Shown here: positions 1 through 7,636 of the stretch, piece after piece
Layout of the letters: each line of letters opens with the position of its first letter
How positions within the stretch are numbered: the first letter of the stretch is position 1
Assembly: GCA_045649165.1 (NCBI GenBank)
Contig: JAZRPI010000122.1
Coordinates: 1-42,709 of the forward strand
From: Eubacteriales bacterium
GTDB taxonomy: Bacteria > Bacillota > Clostridia > Oscillospirales > CAG-272
Length of the DNA stretch: 42,709 bases
Direction of reading: 5' to 3'
Notes under the pieces: generated by a model
The model's input: only the letters and a program-made list of their open reading frames with translations
Databases searched by the model: none
What the model was told of the DNA's origin: nothing
Translations under genes and position numbers: made by a program

Positions 1-122
1 TTTTTTTTGCACAAAATTTGACAAAAATTGCCCTAAATTTGACAAAAACTGCCCTAAATTTGACAAAAAATGCCCTAAATTTGACAAAAAATGCCCTAAT
101 TTTTTAGATTTATATTGACAGT
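1..122. repeat. Left copy of the flanking direct repeat (truncated by the window start)
   Basis: Base-for-base identical to 40544..40665 when read by eye. The two copies diverge after ...tatattgacagt (123 ctaaac vs 40666 agttta). Confidence 0.95.
14..97. repeat. Four tandem 21-bp iterons AAATTTGACAAAAANTGCCCT
   Basis: TTTGAC recurs at 17, 38, 59 and 80 (exact 21-bp period). The units differ at one or two positions within bases 14-15 of the unit. Each unit contains TTGACA. Confidence 0.95.
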
Positions 123-143
123 CTAAACATAAAGCGGTAATCT
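115..143 (+). promoter_or_regulatory. Sigma70-like promoter, TTGACA-17 nt-TAATCT, with the -35 inside the repeat and the -10 outside it
   Basis: TTGACA at 115..120, a 17-nt spacer at 121..137, TAATCT at 138..143. The right-hand repeat copy has the same -35 but no -10 at the matching distance. Confidence 0.5.
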
Positions 144-149
144 TAAATT

Positions 150-296
150 AACTTATAAAAACGAAAATCGTAATGAAAAAAACGATTTTCACAAAGTTTA
201 GTAAGTTTAATTTGAATCCGCTTGATTAAACTTACTAGCAATAGTAGGGATAGCCCCGATAAACAAGCGGATAGTTTATCGGGGTTTGTTTTTTTT
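150..296 (+). ncRNA. Candidate structured RNA or leader: three hairpins ending in an intrinsic terminator
   Basis: Hairpin 1: 163..171 / 182..190 (9 bp, perfect). Hairpin 2: 199..211 / 225..237 (13 bp, perfect). Hairpin 3: 254..264 / 274..284 (11 bp, perfect) followed by a T-run. No ORF present. The start is inferred from the promoter, not mapped. Confidence 0.5.
254..296 (+). terminator. Rho-independent terminator
   Basis: Stem ccccgataaac / gtttatcgggg (11 bp), 9-nt loop, then tttgtttttttt. Confidence 0.8.
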
Positions 297-307
297 AGGA
301 GAACAAA

Positions 308-448
308 ATGCAAAAAATTATGCGTATCTACAAAAATGGGAAAAAGTACAAGAAAAGAATTCTGGTAGCTTTTACCAAAAGCGAAATCCTACAAGCCGTA
401 CTCATAGGACTAGCAGTAGGTTATGTAGTGATTCGAGCAATTGTATAG
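308..448 (+). CDS. Small protein (46 aa) with a basic N-terminus and a hydrophobic C-terminal helix
   Basis: ATG at 308, 7 nt after AGGAG. Translation is MQKIMRIYKNGKKYKKRILVAFTKSEILQAVLIGLAVGYVVIRAIV. Below the ORF-track length cutoff. Confidence 0.45.
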   Translation: MQKIMRIYKNGKKYKKRILVAFTKSEILQAVLIGLAVGYVVIRAIV

Positions 449-496
449 GCGAATAAGTAAAAGGCTTAACCAAGGGTTCAATTCCCTTGATCGCCC
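448..496 (+). other. tRNA 3'-half-like segment or acceptor/T-arm minihelix
   Basis: T-arm AAGGG-TTCAATT-CCCTT (472..488), followed by GATCGCC and C. The upstream GGCGAAT (448..454) pairs partly with GATCGCC. There is no D-arm and no anticodon arm. Confidence 0.4.
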
Positions 497-500
497 ATAA

Positions 501-519
501 GTTCAGGTGGCCACCGAAC
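501..519. promoter_or_regulatory. GC-rich palindrome gttcaGGTGGCCACCgaac
   Basis: Perfect 10-bp palindrome GGTGGCCACC with extended arms. It stands out in AT-rich DNA and lies just upstream of the RBS of the first early gene. Confidence 0.3.
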
Positions 520-542
520 TAATTTATTAATGGAGGTTCTGA

Positions 543-704
543 ATGGAGAAAGAACCAAAAAATGAATTATTAGAAATATGTACCTTGCTTAATCGTGGGT
601 ATGTAAATGGAACAACAACATATTGTGTTGTTTGGGCAGAAAAGAACGAAGATGAGTGGGTAATTAAAGTTAAACCACAACAGCGGGAGGTAAGCGATGA
701 GTAG
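543..704 (+). CDS. Hypothetical small early protein (53 aa)
   Basis: ATG at 543, 5 nt after GGAGG. The stop overlaps the start of the next gene (697). Confidence 0.5.
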   Translation: MEKEPKNELLEICTLLNRGYVNGTTTYCVVWAEKNEDEWVIKVKPQQREVSDE

Positions 705-1305
705 CTTATATGAAATTAGTTCTGACTTGGTGGCACTACAGGAATTAGTAGATAACCTTGTGGATGAAAACGGAGAACCTAGAGATCCAACTCCAGAAGA
801 ACAAGAGCAAATGAAATCATGGTTTGAATGTTCGATTGGAGAGTTTGACGGTAAATTTGACAATTACTGCAAATTCATCAAAAACCTTAAAATCTCTGCA
901 GAGAGCGTAGAAGCAGAAAGAAAGGCTCATAAAAACGAAATTGACCGCCTTTCTAAACGCTCTAAAGCATTGGAAAACAGAGCCAAAACAGTTCAGAACC
1001 TTTTGTGGTTCTGTATGCAACGCTTAGGGTTGAAAAAATACAAAACAAACTTGTTTACCGCGAATGAACAAAACACACAAATTCAAATTGAACAGTTGGC
1101 AGGAACTACACTAGATGCAATCCCTGAAAGATTTCTAAAGCCTAGAGAGTTAGACACTTCTGCAATTAAAGATGCAATTAAAAGTGGAGAACTCAAACAA
1201 GGTGATGGCACACCACTCGGGGCGACAAAATTATTCTTTGTAAAAAACAACAAAGAATTAGAAAACATTAGATGGCACCAGGGAACAGCCCTAGTGTTGA
1301 GATAG
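697..1305 (+). CDS. Coiled-coil early protein, possibly Gp157-like (recombination-module accessory)
   Basis: 202 aa, directly upstream of SSB and Erf. Family resemblance is from memory only, with no diagnostic motif. Confidence 0.4.
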   Translation: MSSLYEISSDLVALQELVDNLVDENGEPRDPTPEEQEQMKSWFECSIGEFDGKFDNYCKFIKNLKISAESVEAERKAHKNEIDRLSKRSKALENRAKTVQNLLWFCMQRLGLKKYKTNLFTANEQNTQIQIEQLAGTTLDAIPERFLKPRELDTSAIKDAIKSGELKQGDGTPLGATKLFFVKNNKELENIRWHQGTALVLR

Positions 1306-1313
1306 GAGTAAAT

Positions 1314-1697
1314 ATGACAGATTTAAACAAAGTTACTTTGATTGGTCGTTTGACTAAAGATATAGATGTGGGCTACACACAGAACGGTGCGGCAATTGGG
1401 AAATTTTCACTCGCAGTTAACAGAAGCAGAAATGGGGCAAACGGGAAAGTAGATGAAGTGTCTTATTTCAACTGTAAAATCTTTGGAAAATTGGCAGAAA
1501 CAATGAAGCCATATTTGCTCAAAGGAAAGCAAATAGGAATAACAGGATACTTAAAACAGGAACGATGGGAAAAGGACGGGCAATCCCAAAGTATGGTCAC
1601 AGTTGGTGTTAAAGAGATTGAACTTCTTGGTAAAAAGGAAAATCAATCAGAAAGCAACGGATATGGCGGATATGACGCTTATGGATACGGGGAATAA
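1314..1697 (+). CDS. ssb: Single-stranded DNA-binding protein
   Basis: MTDLNKVTLIGRLTKD... OB-fold SSB-type N-terminus with a Gly/Tyr-rich tail. ATG at 1314 follows TAGGAG. The longer ORF-track start at 1272 has no RBS. Confidence 0.8.
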   Translation: MTDLNKVTLIGRLTKDIDVGYTQNGAAIGKFSLAVNRSRNGANGKVDEVSYFNCKIFGKLAETMKPYLLKGKQIGITGYLKQERWEKDGQSQSMVTVGVKEIELLGKKENQSESNGYGGYDAYGYGE

Positions 1698-1699
1698 GT

Positions 1700-2386
1700 A
1701 TGAGACAGAGTGAATCAATTAATACCTTACTTAAGTCATTAACAATGGCACAGAGCCAATATCCAACACTGCCTAAAGACAAAAAAGGATACGGTTATAA
1801 CTATACCGATCTAGACACAGTTATAACAACAATAAAGCCAATTTTTGAAAAAAATAAACTTGGCTTTATTCAAAGTCTTACAACACTAGAAAACGGAAAA
1901 AATGGGATAACAACTAGAATATTTAGCGTAGAAGGTGAATGGATTGAAGACACTATTGCACTTCCAGATGTAGCAATGGCCAAAACCAATGCGGCACAAA
2001 ATCTAGGGGCTTCAATTACCTATATGCGAAGGTATGCTTTGTGTTCAATGTTGGGAATAAGTTCTGATGAAGATGTGGATGCTACCACTACAACGGAAAC
2101 ACAATCTAAACAAACACCATCTAAACAAACACAATCTCAAACACCACAAAAGAAAAATACACCTATCAAAATAAAAGGCGGTCCTGACACACCAGACCAA
2201 ACAAAAATAATAAATGAACTTCTTAAGACTGAAATAAACGGAATTAAAGTATTCAGTCCAGAAGAAATCAAACAGGTTGCTAGTTGGCGATTGGAATACA
2301 CTGCAGATGAAGTTATAGCAACACTTTCAGAAGAAGTTGCTAAAAGAACTGCAATCCAGCCAGAAGTTCCAAACAAAATATTTTAG
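1700..2386 (+). CDS. ERF-family single-strand annealing recombinase
   Basis: YGYNYTDLDTV... and GASITYMRRYALCSMLGISSDEDVD match the conserved ERF core. Sits next to SSB. Confidence 0.75.
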   Translation: MRQSESINTLLKSLTMAQSQYPTLPKDKKGYGYNYTDLDTVITTIKPIFEKNKLGFIQSLTTLENGKNGITTRIFSVEGEWIEDTIALPDVAMAKTNAAQNLGASITYMRRYALCSMLGISSDEDVDATTTTETQSKQTPSKQTQSQTPQKKNTPIKIKGGPDTPDQTKIINELLKTEINGIKVFSPEEIKQVASWRLEYTADEVIATLSEEVAKRTAIQPEVPNKIF

Positions 2387-2395
2387 GAGGTAAAA

Positions 2396-2827
2396 ATGGC
2401 AGAAATAACTTTGACTTTAAAAAGAGTTTTTCAAAAAGGTTTAATCAGTTTTCAAATCCCCACAGAGGCTGTCCTTAGAGAAAACTTAGTCAAAGTTATA
2501 TCTGCCTGTCGTGATAAACACAATGATTATTGCACAATCACGATAAGAACACCAAGAAAGCCACGGACCACAGGGTATAAAAGCCAAAATCATCACCTTA
2601 ATGGTCATATAGTGCAGATATGCAATGAAACGGGTAACTCTTATGCCACTATTAAGAGTTACATCAAATTAGTAGCTGTAGAACAATTCGGCTACCCATA
2701 CGAAATATTCAAAGGCAAATTAATACCTAAAGCAGAAAGTGACTGCGACACAGAAGAATGTGCAATGTTGATTGAAGCTTCACACTATGTAGCGGCAACA
2801 GAAGGTATTTGTTTGCGGGAGGAATAA
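2396..2827 (+). CDS. Hypothetical early protein
   Basis: 143-aa ORF with an AGGAGG RBS. No recognisable motif. Confidence 0.6.
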   Translation: MAEITLTLKRVFQKGLISFQIPTEAVLRENLVKVISACRDKHNDYCTITIRTPRKPRTTGYKSQNHHLNGHIVQICNETGNSYATIKSYIKLVAVEQFGYPYEIFKGKLIPKAESDCDTEECAMLIEASHYVAATEGICLREE

Positions 2828-3187
2828 ATGAATACTTTGGAAAAATGGAAACCAATAACCACATATAAAAGCTGGATTTTTGACGGAAAATACGAAATTT
2901 CTAATTGGGGAAACATTCGCAATGTTGAAACAAAACAACCACTTGCAACTTTTAGCACTTGTCAGGGACAAGGATATCTAAAAACTCGCATATACGATAA
3001 AGAGAAAAAAAGAAGAGTTCTATATCTTCACCGATTAGTAGCAATGTACTTTGTAGGTGCAGAAGAACCAGGACTCGAAGTAAATCACAAAGATGGAAAT
3101 GTACGCAATAACAGTTACATCAACCTAGAATGGATTAGTCATAAGGCTAATGTTCAACACTATCACAATGGGAGAAAGGCTGTATGA
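2828..3187 (+). CDS. HNH homing-type endonuclease (NUMOD4 + HNH_3)
   Basis: WKPI...YEISNWGNIRN (NUMOD4-like) and EVNHKDGNVRNNSYINLEWISHKAN (HNH core). Confidence 0.85.
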   Translation: MNTLEKWKPITTYKSWIFDGKYEISNWGNIRNVETKQPLATFSTCQGQGYLKTRIYDKEKKRRVLYLHRLVAMYFVGAEEPGLEVNHKDGNVRNNSYINLEWISHKANVQHYHNGRKAV

Positions 3188-4077
3188 ACTTGTTTGACTT
3201 TCCACAATACCAGATAAAAAACAAAATTAGATTAATAGAACTATTCGCAGGTGTTGGAAGTCAAGCAATGGCACTTAGAGATATAGGTGCAGACTTCGAA
3301 CATTGGCGAGTGTGTGAATTTGACAAATATGCAATTGCAAGTTACAACGCAATCCACAATACGAACTTTGAACCAAGCGATATAACAAAATTGAAAGGTT
3401 CAGACTTGGGGATAACAGACACAGACCAATACACCTACTTAATGACCTATTCATTCCCTTGTCAAGATTTGAGCCTGGCAGGAAAACAAAAAGGAATGAA
3501 AAAAGGAAGCTCCACAAGAAGTGGTTTACTTTGGGAAGTAGAGCGATTGTTGAACGAGACAGAGAATCTGCCGCAGATTCTCTTAATGGAAAATGTGCCA
3601 CAGGTTCACGCAGAAAAGAATATGCCTGATTTTCAAAAGTGGTTGGAGTTTTTAAGAAGTAAAGGCTATCACAATTTTTATCAAGATTTAAATGCCAAAG
3701 ACTACGGAGTGCCACAAAATAGAGAAAGATGTTTTTGTGTATCAATTTTAAGTCCTGAATATGTTGAGTACGAGTTCCCTACTCCAATAAAACTAACAAA
3801 AGTTATGAAGGATTTACTAGAACCAGAAGTCGATGATAAGTATTACATCAACACACCTAAAGCAAAAGAACTTATAGAAAAGTTGATTGTGGAAAATAAG
3901 TTATCAGATGAAAAAACAACTGCATACATGAATTATAACTTTGTGGATAAGGTTGATACAGAATGTGCAAAAACCTTGTGTGCAGATTATAAAGGTTTTG
4001 GAACAGGGTTTGACACTATGAACGGAGTGATTGAACCATCTGAAAAGCAAGGGGGGGGGGGCAACCAATCTTTATGA
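3184..4077 (+). CDS. DNA cytosine-5 methyltransferase, N-terminal part (motifs I-VIII plus part of the variable region)
   Basis: IELFAGVGS (I), SFPCQDLS (IV), LMENVPQ (VI), QNRERCFCVS (VIII). Ends just after a G11 tract. Confidence 0.9.
   Translation: MNLFDFPQYQIKNKIRLIELFAGVGSQAMALRDIGADFEHWRVCEFDKYAIASYNAIHNTNFEPSDITKLKGSDLGITDTDQYTYLMTYSFPCQDLSLAGKQKGMKKGSSTRSGLLWEVERLLNETENLPQILLMENVPQVHAEKNMPDFQKWLEFLRSKGYHNFYQDLNAKDYGVPQNRERCFCVSILSPEYVEYEFPTPIKLTKVMKDLLEPEVDDKYYINTPKAKELIEKLIVENKLSDEKTTAYMNYNFVDKVDTECAKTLCADYKGFGTGFDTMNGVIEPSEKQGGGGNQSL
4051..4061. repeat. Homopolymeric G11 tract
   Basis: Eleven consecutive G, encoding GGGG, 14 nt before the stop of the first methyltransferase ORF. 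Confidence 0.95.
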
Positions 4078-4099
4078 AAAACATGATTGACAAAACAAA

Positions 4100-4996
4100 G
4101 TGGCAATGAGAGGCAGAAACCCAGAGAACCCATCCGACAGAACACCAGGAATACATACCGAACAACGGCTAGAGCCAAATTCAGAAGGTATCTGTAATAC
4201 CTTAACAACAGTACAGAAGGATAACTTAGTGTTAGAAGAAACAATCAAAATAAAACAAGCGACAAAACAAGGATATGCAGAATGTAAAGTTGGTGGAGTT
4301 GCTGATTTTTCATTTCCGAATAGTAAAACAAGACGTGGCAGAGTTGAACAAAACGGGGATGTTTCACCAACATTAATGGCAGGGAATAGTGAAATTGTAA
4401 AAATTGAAAAAGTAGGACAAATAAGTAACGAAGGTTCTCAATGTGGAACAGTAGTATCTACGAATGGGTTATATCCAACTATATCAGCAGGGTGTCATGG
4501 TTATGCTAATCCGCATATTTTAGAAAAAAATACAGATGTAATTATATACGATGATTACAACTCTAATGTTCCCGAAAATCAGGATTGTATCGGAACACTA
4601 ACAACTAATATAGGGAGTTCAACAATAAGAAACGGAATTAAACTAGTCGAAAAAAATAATTTTTACGAACAAGCAATAAAAACCGCAGAAGAAAACAATG
4701 CACAAGAAGGTGATATTGTAGACGCTTTTAATCGCAAAGTGTTGAAAGAAGGAATATCTCCTACAGTTACCACAAGACCAGAAGGAAAGAAAACAGCAAT
4801 ACTTCCTGTTGTTGAAAAATACAGGATTAGAAAACTAACACCTAAAGAATGTTGGCGATTAATGGGCTTTACAGATGAAGACTTTGAAAAAGCTGCAATT
4901 GTAAATAGCAATTCACAATTATACAAACAAGCAGGAAATTCCATTGTAAAAAATGTATTAATGGCAATTTTTAACAAAATGGTGGTGACAGCATGA
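4100..4996 (+). CDS. DNA cytosine-5 methyltransferase, C-terminal part (long target-recognition region plus motifs IX-X)
   Basis: RKLTPKECWRLMGF (IX) and YKQAGNSIV (X) at the C-terminus. Start is either GTG 4100 or ATG 4106. Confidence 0.85.
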   Translation: MAMRGRNPENPSDRTPGIHTEQRLEPNSEGICNTLTTVQKDNLVLEETIKIKQATKQGYAECKVGGVADFSFPNSKTRRGRVEQNGDVSPTLMAGNSEIVKIEKVGQISNEGSQCGTVVSTNGLYPTISAGCHGYANPHILEKNTDVIIYDDYNSNVPENQDCIGTLTTNIGSSTIRNGIKLVEKNNFYEQAIKTAEENNAQEGDIVDAFNRKVLKEGISPTVTTRPEGKKTAILPVVEKYRIRKLTPKECWRLMGFTDEDFEKAAIVNSNSQLYKQAGNSIVKNVLMAIFNKMVVTA

Positions 4997-5280
4997 CAGA
5001 AGCAGAAGAAAAACAAAGAAAAGAAGCAATGGCAAGTTGTGGTTATTTTTGCGAAGTATGCGGAAAAAATCTAACCTTTGCAAATATGCAAGGTGCTCAC
5101 AGAATCGCCAATACAAAAGCCAACAGAAAAAAATGGGGAGATTTTGTTATTGATCACCCATTGAACATAGCAATTGTGTGTAGCTTACCGTGTAACGATA
5201 AATGCAACATCGGAAATAACCCTGGGAAATGTTTTGAATTGATTGAAAAAATAATCCAAAGAGAAAAGAAGAGGTTCTGA
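4993..5280 (+). CDS. Cys-rich zinc-ribbon protein, possibly HNH-like
   Basis: CEVCG ... AHRI ... HPLNIAIVCSLPCNDKC. The spacing recalls HNH, but this is weak. Confidence 0.3.
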   Translation: MTEAEEKQRKEAMASCGYFCEVCGKNLTFANMQGAHRIANTKANRKKWGDFVIDHPLNIAIVCSLPCNDKCNIGNNPGKCFELIEKIIQREKKRF

Positions 5281-5281
5281 C

Positions 5282-5785
5282 ATGAAAAAAGCATACTTCC
5301 AATATTATGAAACATTTGAAAACTTGGTGCAGAAATTCAAAACTGCAGAAGAAAGGGAAAAATTCAGAGGTTACATTATTAATTATGGCTTACACGGGGA
5401 AGAACCTGCAGAAGAACTATCTGAAGCAATGACAATCGGATTTGAAGTAGTCAAAGAATTAATCGATGACCAAATCCACAGAAGAGAAATCAATCGAGCA
5501 AATCGAGAAAAGAAAAAAATAAAAACAGAAAACTCTGGAAAAGAACCAGAACCAAAAGAAGAAACAAAAAAGTTTAAAAAACCAACAACAGAAGAAGTTC
5601 AAGAATATTGTCAGGAACGAAAAAATAATGTGGATGCAACACAATTTATTAACTTCTATGAGTCAAAAGGTTGGAAAATTGGAAATCAATCAATGAAAGA
5701 TTGGAAAGCAGCTGTTAGAACTTGGGAGCAAAGAAGTCAAGTTCCAAACACTCCAAAATTAAAAGCGGAACATTTGACATTTTAA
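5282..5785 (+). CDS. Putative replication initiator or replisome organiser (DnaD-like C-terminal motif)
   Basis: FINFYESKGWKIGNQSMKDWKAAVRTWEQR resembles the DnaD/phage replisome-organiser C-terminus. Lies upstream of the DnaC-like loader. Confidence 0.5.
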   Translation: MKKAYFQYYETFENLVQKFKTAEEREKFRGYIINYGLHGEEPAEELSEAMTIGFEVVKELIDDQIHRREINRANREKKKIKTENSGKEPEPKEETKKFKKPTTEEVQEYCQERKNNVDATQFINFYESKGWKIGNQSMKDWKAAVRTWEQRSQVPNTPKLKAEHLTF

Positions 5786-5800
5786 TGGGAGGAAAAATTG

Positions 5801-6172
5801 ATGATATCAATTAAAAAGATTTGTGAAGAATATTATTCTCTGCTCGGAGAAGAGAATATCCGACGCTCGATAAAACAAGCGGGGTTCAAAATTGAAAAAA
5901 TAAACGACCTTCAACATATAAGTTTAAGTGATTATGAAAAATTGAAATATTATTTGTCTAAAACAAACGGTGTGTTGATTAAAAATCAAAAAATTGAAGA
6001 CAAATGTCAAATGTTAGACCCTGACAGAGAAGCAAGAAAAAAATTGTTTATGGAAAAATACGGACCACACACAGAAAAATGGTTTGACCCAAAGTGGTGG
6101 CCTAGCTATGAAGACATAACACCTTCAATCTTTATTGGATTAGAAGATGACCAGGAGGAAGACATTGCTTAG
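5801..6172 (+). CDS. Hypothetical protein
   Basis: ATG at 5801 after GGGAGG. No recognisable motif. Confidence 0.6.
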   Translation: MISIKKICEEYYSLLGEENIRRSIKQAGFKIEKINDLQHISLSDYEKLKYYLSKTNGVLIKNQKIEDKCQMLDPDREARKKLFMEKYGPHTEKWFDPKWWPSYEDITPSIFIGLEDDQEEDIA

Positions 6173-6881
6173 ATATTGTAAAGAACATGGAGAATATGAG
6201 AGCCAAACAGCTGAAATACTTGGTCGTAAAATCTTTATTGGCTGCCCACAATGTGAAGCAGAAAAAACAAAAAAAGAACTTGAAGATTTGAAACAACAGG
6301 AACAACTTGCAATTGAAAAAGATTACATTAATCGTGGCATAGAACCTGAATTTTTTAATGCCACATTGGAAAATTTTATTCCAGAAAATGCAAGCGAACG
6401 AAAAGCACTAGAAGCTGCACAACTTATGGCTTCGGGGCAAATTAAAAAAATACTGTTGATTGGTCAAAATGGCGTAGGAAAGACACACCTTGTTAGTGCG
6501 CTTGCCAAAATAAAAAAAGGTAGAGTCTTAACAATGTTTCAGTTTAGTAGTTTATTGCGAGCAGGTTACAACAGAAAAAAAACTGAAATTGAAACAATCG
6601 AAGACGAGTTATTGTCATACCCATTAGTGGCAATCGATGAGTACGGTCTATCGAAATGTTCAGAAATGGAATTAAACAGCCTGGCATATTTCGTAGATAA
6701 ATGCCACACAAGAAACAAAGATATTGTACTAGTTTCAAATATTTTCACTTCTAAATCCGCCAAAAGTGATGCAATTGAAAATTACATTCCGAACGCAGTT
6801 ATATCCAGATTTATGTGTAACTCGGTAATAGTAGAGGTGGAAGGTCGTGACAGAAGACGGGCAACTTTTACTACCCTTTGA
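6147..6881 (+). CDS. DnaC/IstB-like AAA+ helicase loader with an N-terminal zinc ribbon
   Basis: Walker A GQNGVGKTHL, Walker B VAIDEYG, N-terminal C..H...CPQC. Confidence 0.8.
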   Translation: MTRRKTLLRYCKEHGEYESQTAEILGRKIFIGCPQCEAEKTKKELEDLKQQEQLAIEKDYINRGIEPEFFNATLENFIPENASERKALEAAQLMASGQIKKILLIGQNGVGKTHLVSALAKIKKGRVLTMFQFSSLLRAGYNRKKTEIETIEDELLSYPLVAIDEYGLSKCSEMELNSLAYFVDKCHTRNKDIVLVSNIFTSKSAKSDAIENYIPNAVISRFMCNSVIVEVEGRDRRRATFTTL

Positions 6882-7296
6882 CGAAGAAACAAAGGAGCTG
6901 GATTTGCCATTTTTTGAAAACCCAAAAAATGACAATGAAATTTTATTAAATCTTCAAAGCGAATATAAGAGAGGGAATGAAAAAGTAATAAGTCAAATTT
7001 ACACGCTTAGTGTAGAAATTTGTAAAAAATTTATTTCAAAAAAAGCAAAAGGAAATAGATTTATCAGAAGGTTATCTCCTGATGAAAGAACGGAAAAAGC
7101 AATCGACGCAACTAATTATGTAGTTATGCGTTTGATGAAAAAAAAGGAGTGGTACATAAAAACGAGTTTTACTGCTTATTTGTATTTGAGAGTAATACAC
7201 GAACTGTACCACCAAAGAAAAGTAGACAAAATAGTGGCATTCGTAGATATAGACGATTTGTATCAACAATTAGATAACGAATGTAATTATTTATAA
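6847..7296 (+). CDS. Hypothetical protein with weak similarity to sigma-70 region 2 (candidate minimal sigma or late regulator)
   Basis: AIDATNYVVMRLMKK..SFTAYLYLRVIHELYHQRK resembles the region 2.1-2.4 pattern. No region 4 is present. Judged by eye only. Confidence 0.3.
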   Translation: MTEDGQLLLPFDEETKELDLPFFENPKNDNEILLNLQSEYKRGNEKVISQIYTLSVEICKKFISKKAKGNRFIRRLSPDERTEKAIDATNYVVMRLMKKKEWYIKTSFTAYLYLRVIHELYHQRKVDKIVAFVDIDDLYQQLDNECNYL

Positions 7297-7636
7297 TTTT
7301 GAAAACAACAGTCGTTGGCTGTTTTAATAAAATCTTGTGCAGAAGAAGCACACTAAAAAACTTTTCTATATTTTCACTTTATTAACGCAGGCTTGACTAA
7401 TGCCTTGCATTTTGTAGGTTCGTTGAAAGCAGAAAGCAAAAATTAGTCATTCTTGGAAATTACAACCAATGGTTGTAAAAAAGCTATCGTTGATAGTGAT
7501 AAAAAAAACTAGTGGTAGCAGACCACACAAAAAAAATCTGCTTTTTGATGTTATAAGGATACCGTTTTGTCAGTACGGATGTAGTAGAAGGTTCGTAGAA
7601 AGCTATTGCATGAAACTGACTAATTGGAGGCAAACA
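7297..7636 (+). promoter_or_regulatory. 340-bp non-coding control region between the replication genes and the next gene block
   Basis: No credible ORF (the 7469 start has no RBS). Direct 15-mer AGGTTCGTWGAAAGC at 7416..7430 and 7589..7603. A 17-bp palindrome tacaaccaAtggttgta and several short hairpins are also present. Confidence 0.5.

Noticed and set aside
14-97. Possible CRISPR array
   Set aside because: The 21-bp units are contiguous with no spacers. They are duplicated identically at the other end of the element, and no cas genes are present.
421-496. A complete tRNA gene at the left end
   Set aside because: Only the T-arm and the 3' acceptor strand are present. The 76 nt upstream contain no matching 5' acceptor strand, D-arm or anticodon arm.
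4051-4110. Methyltransferase as a simple frameshift pseudogene that a +/-1 G change would repair
   Set aside because: I read all three frames after the G-tract. Each has a stop before or at the second ORF start (4075, 4088, 4107), so a single-G change cannot fuse the two ORFs.
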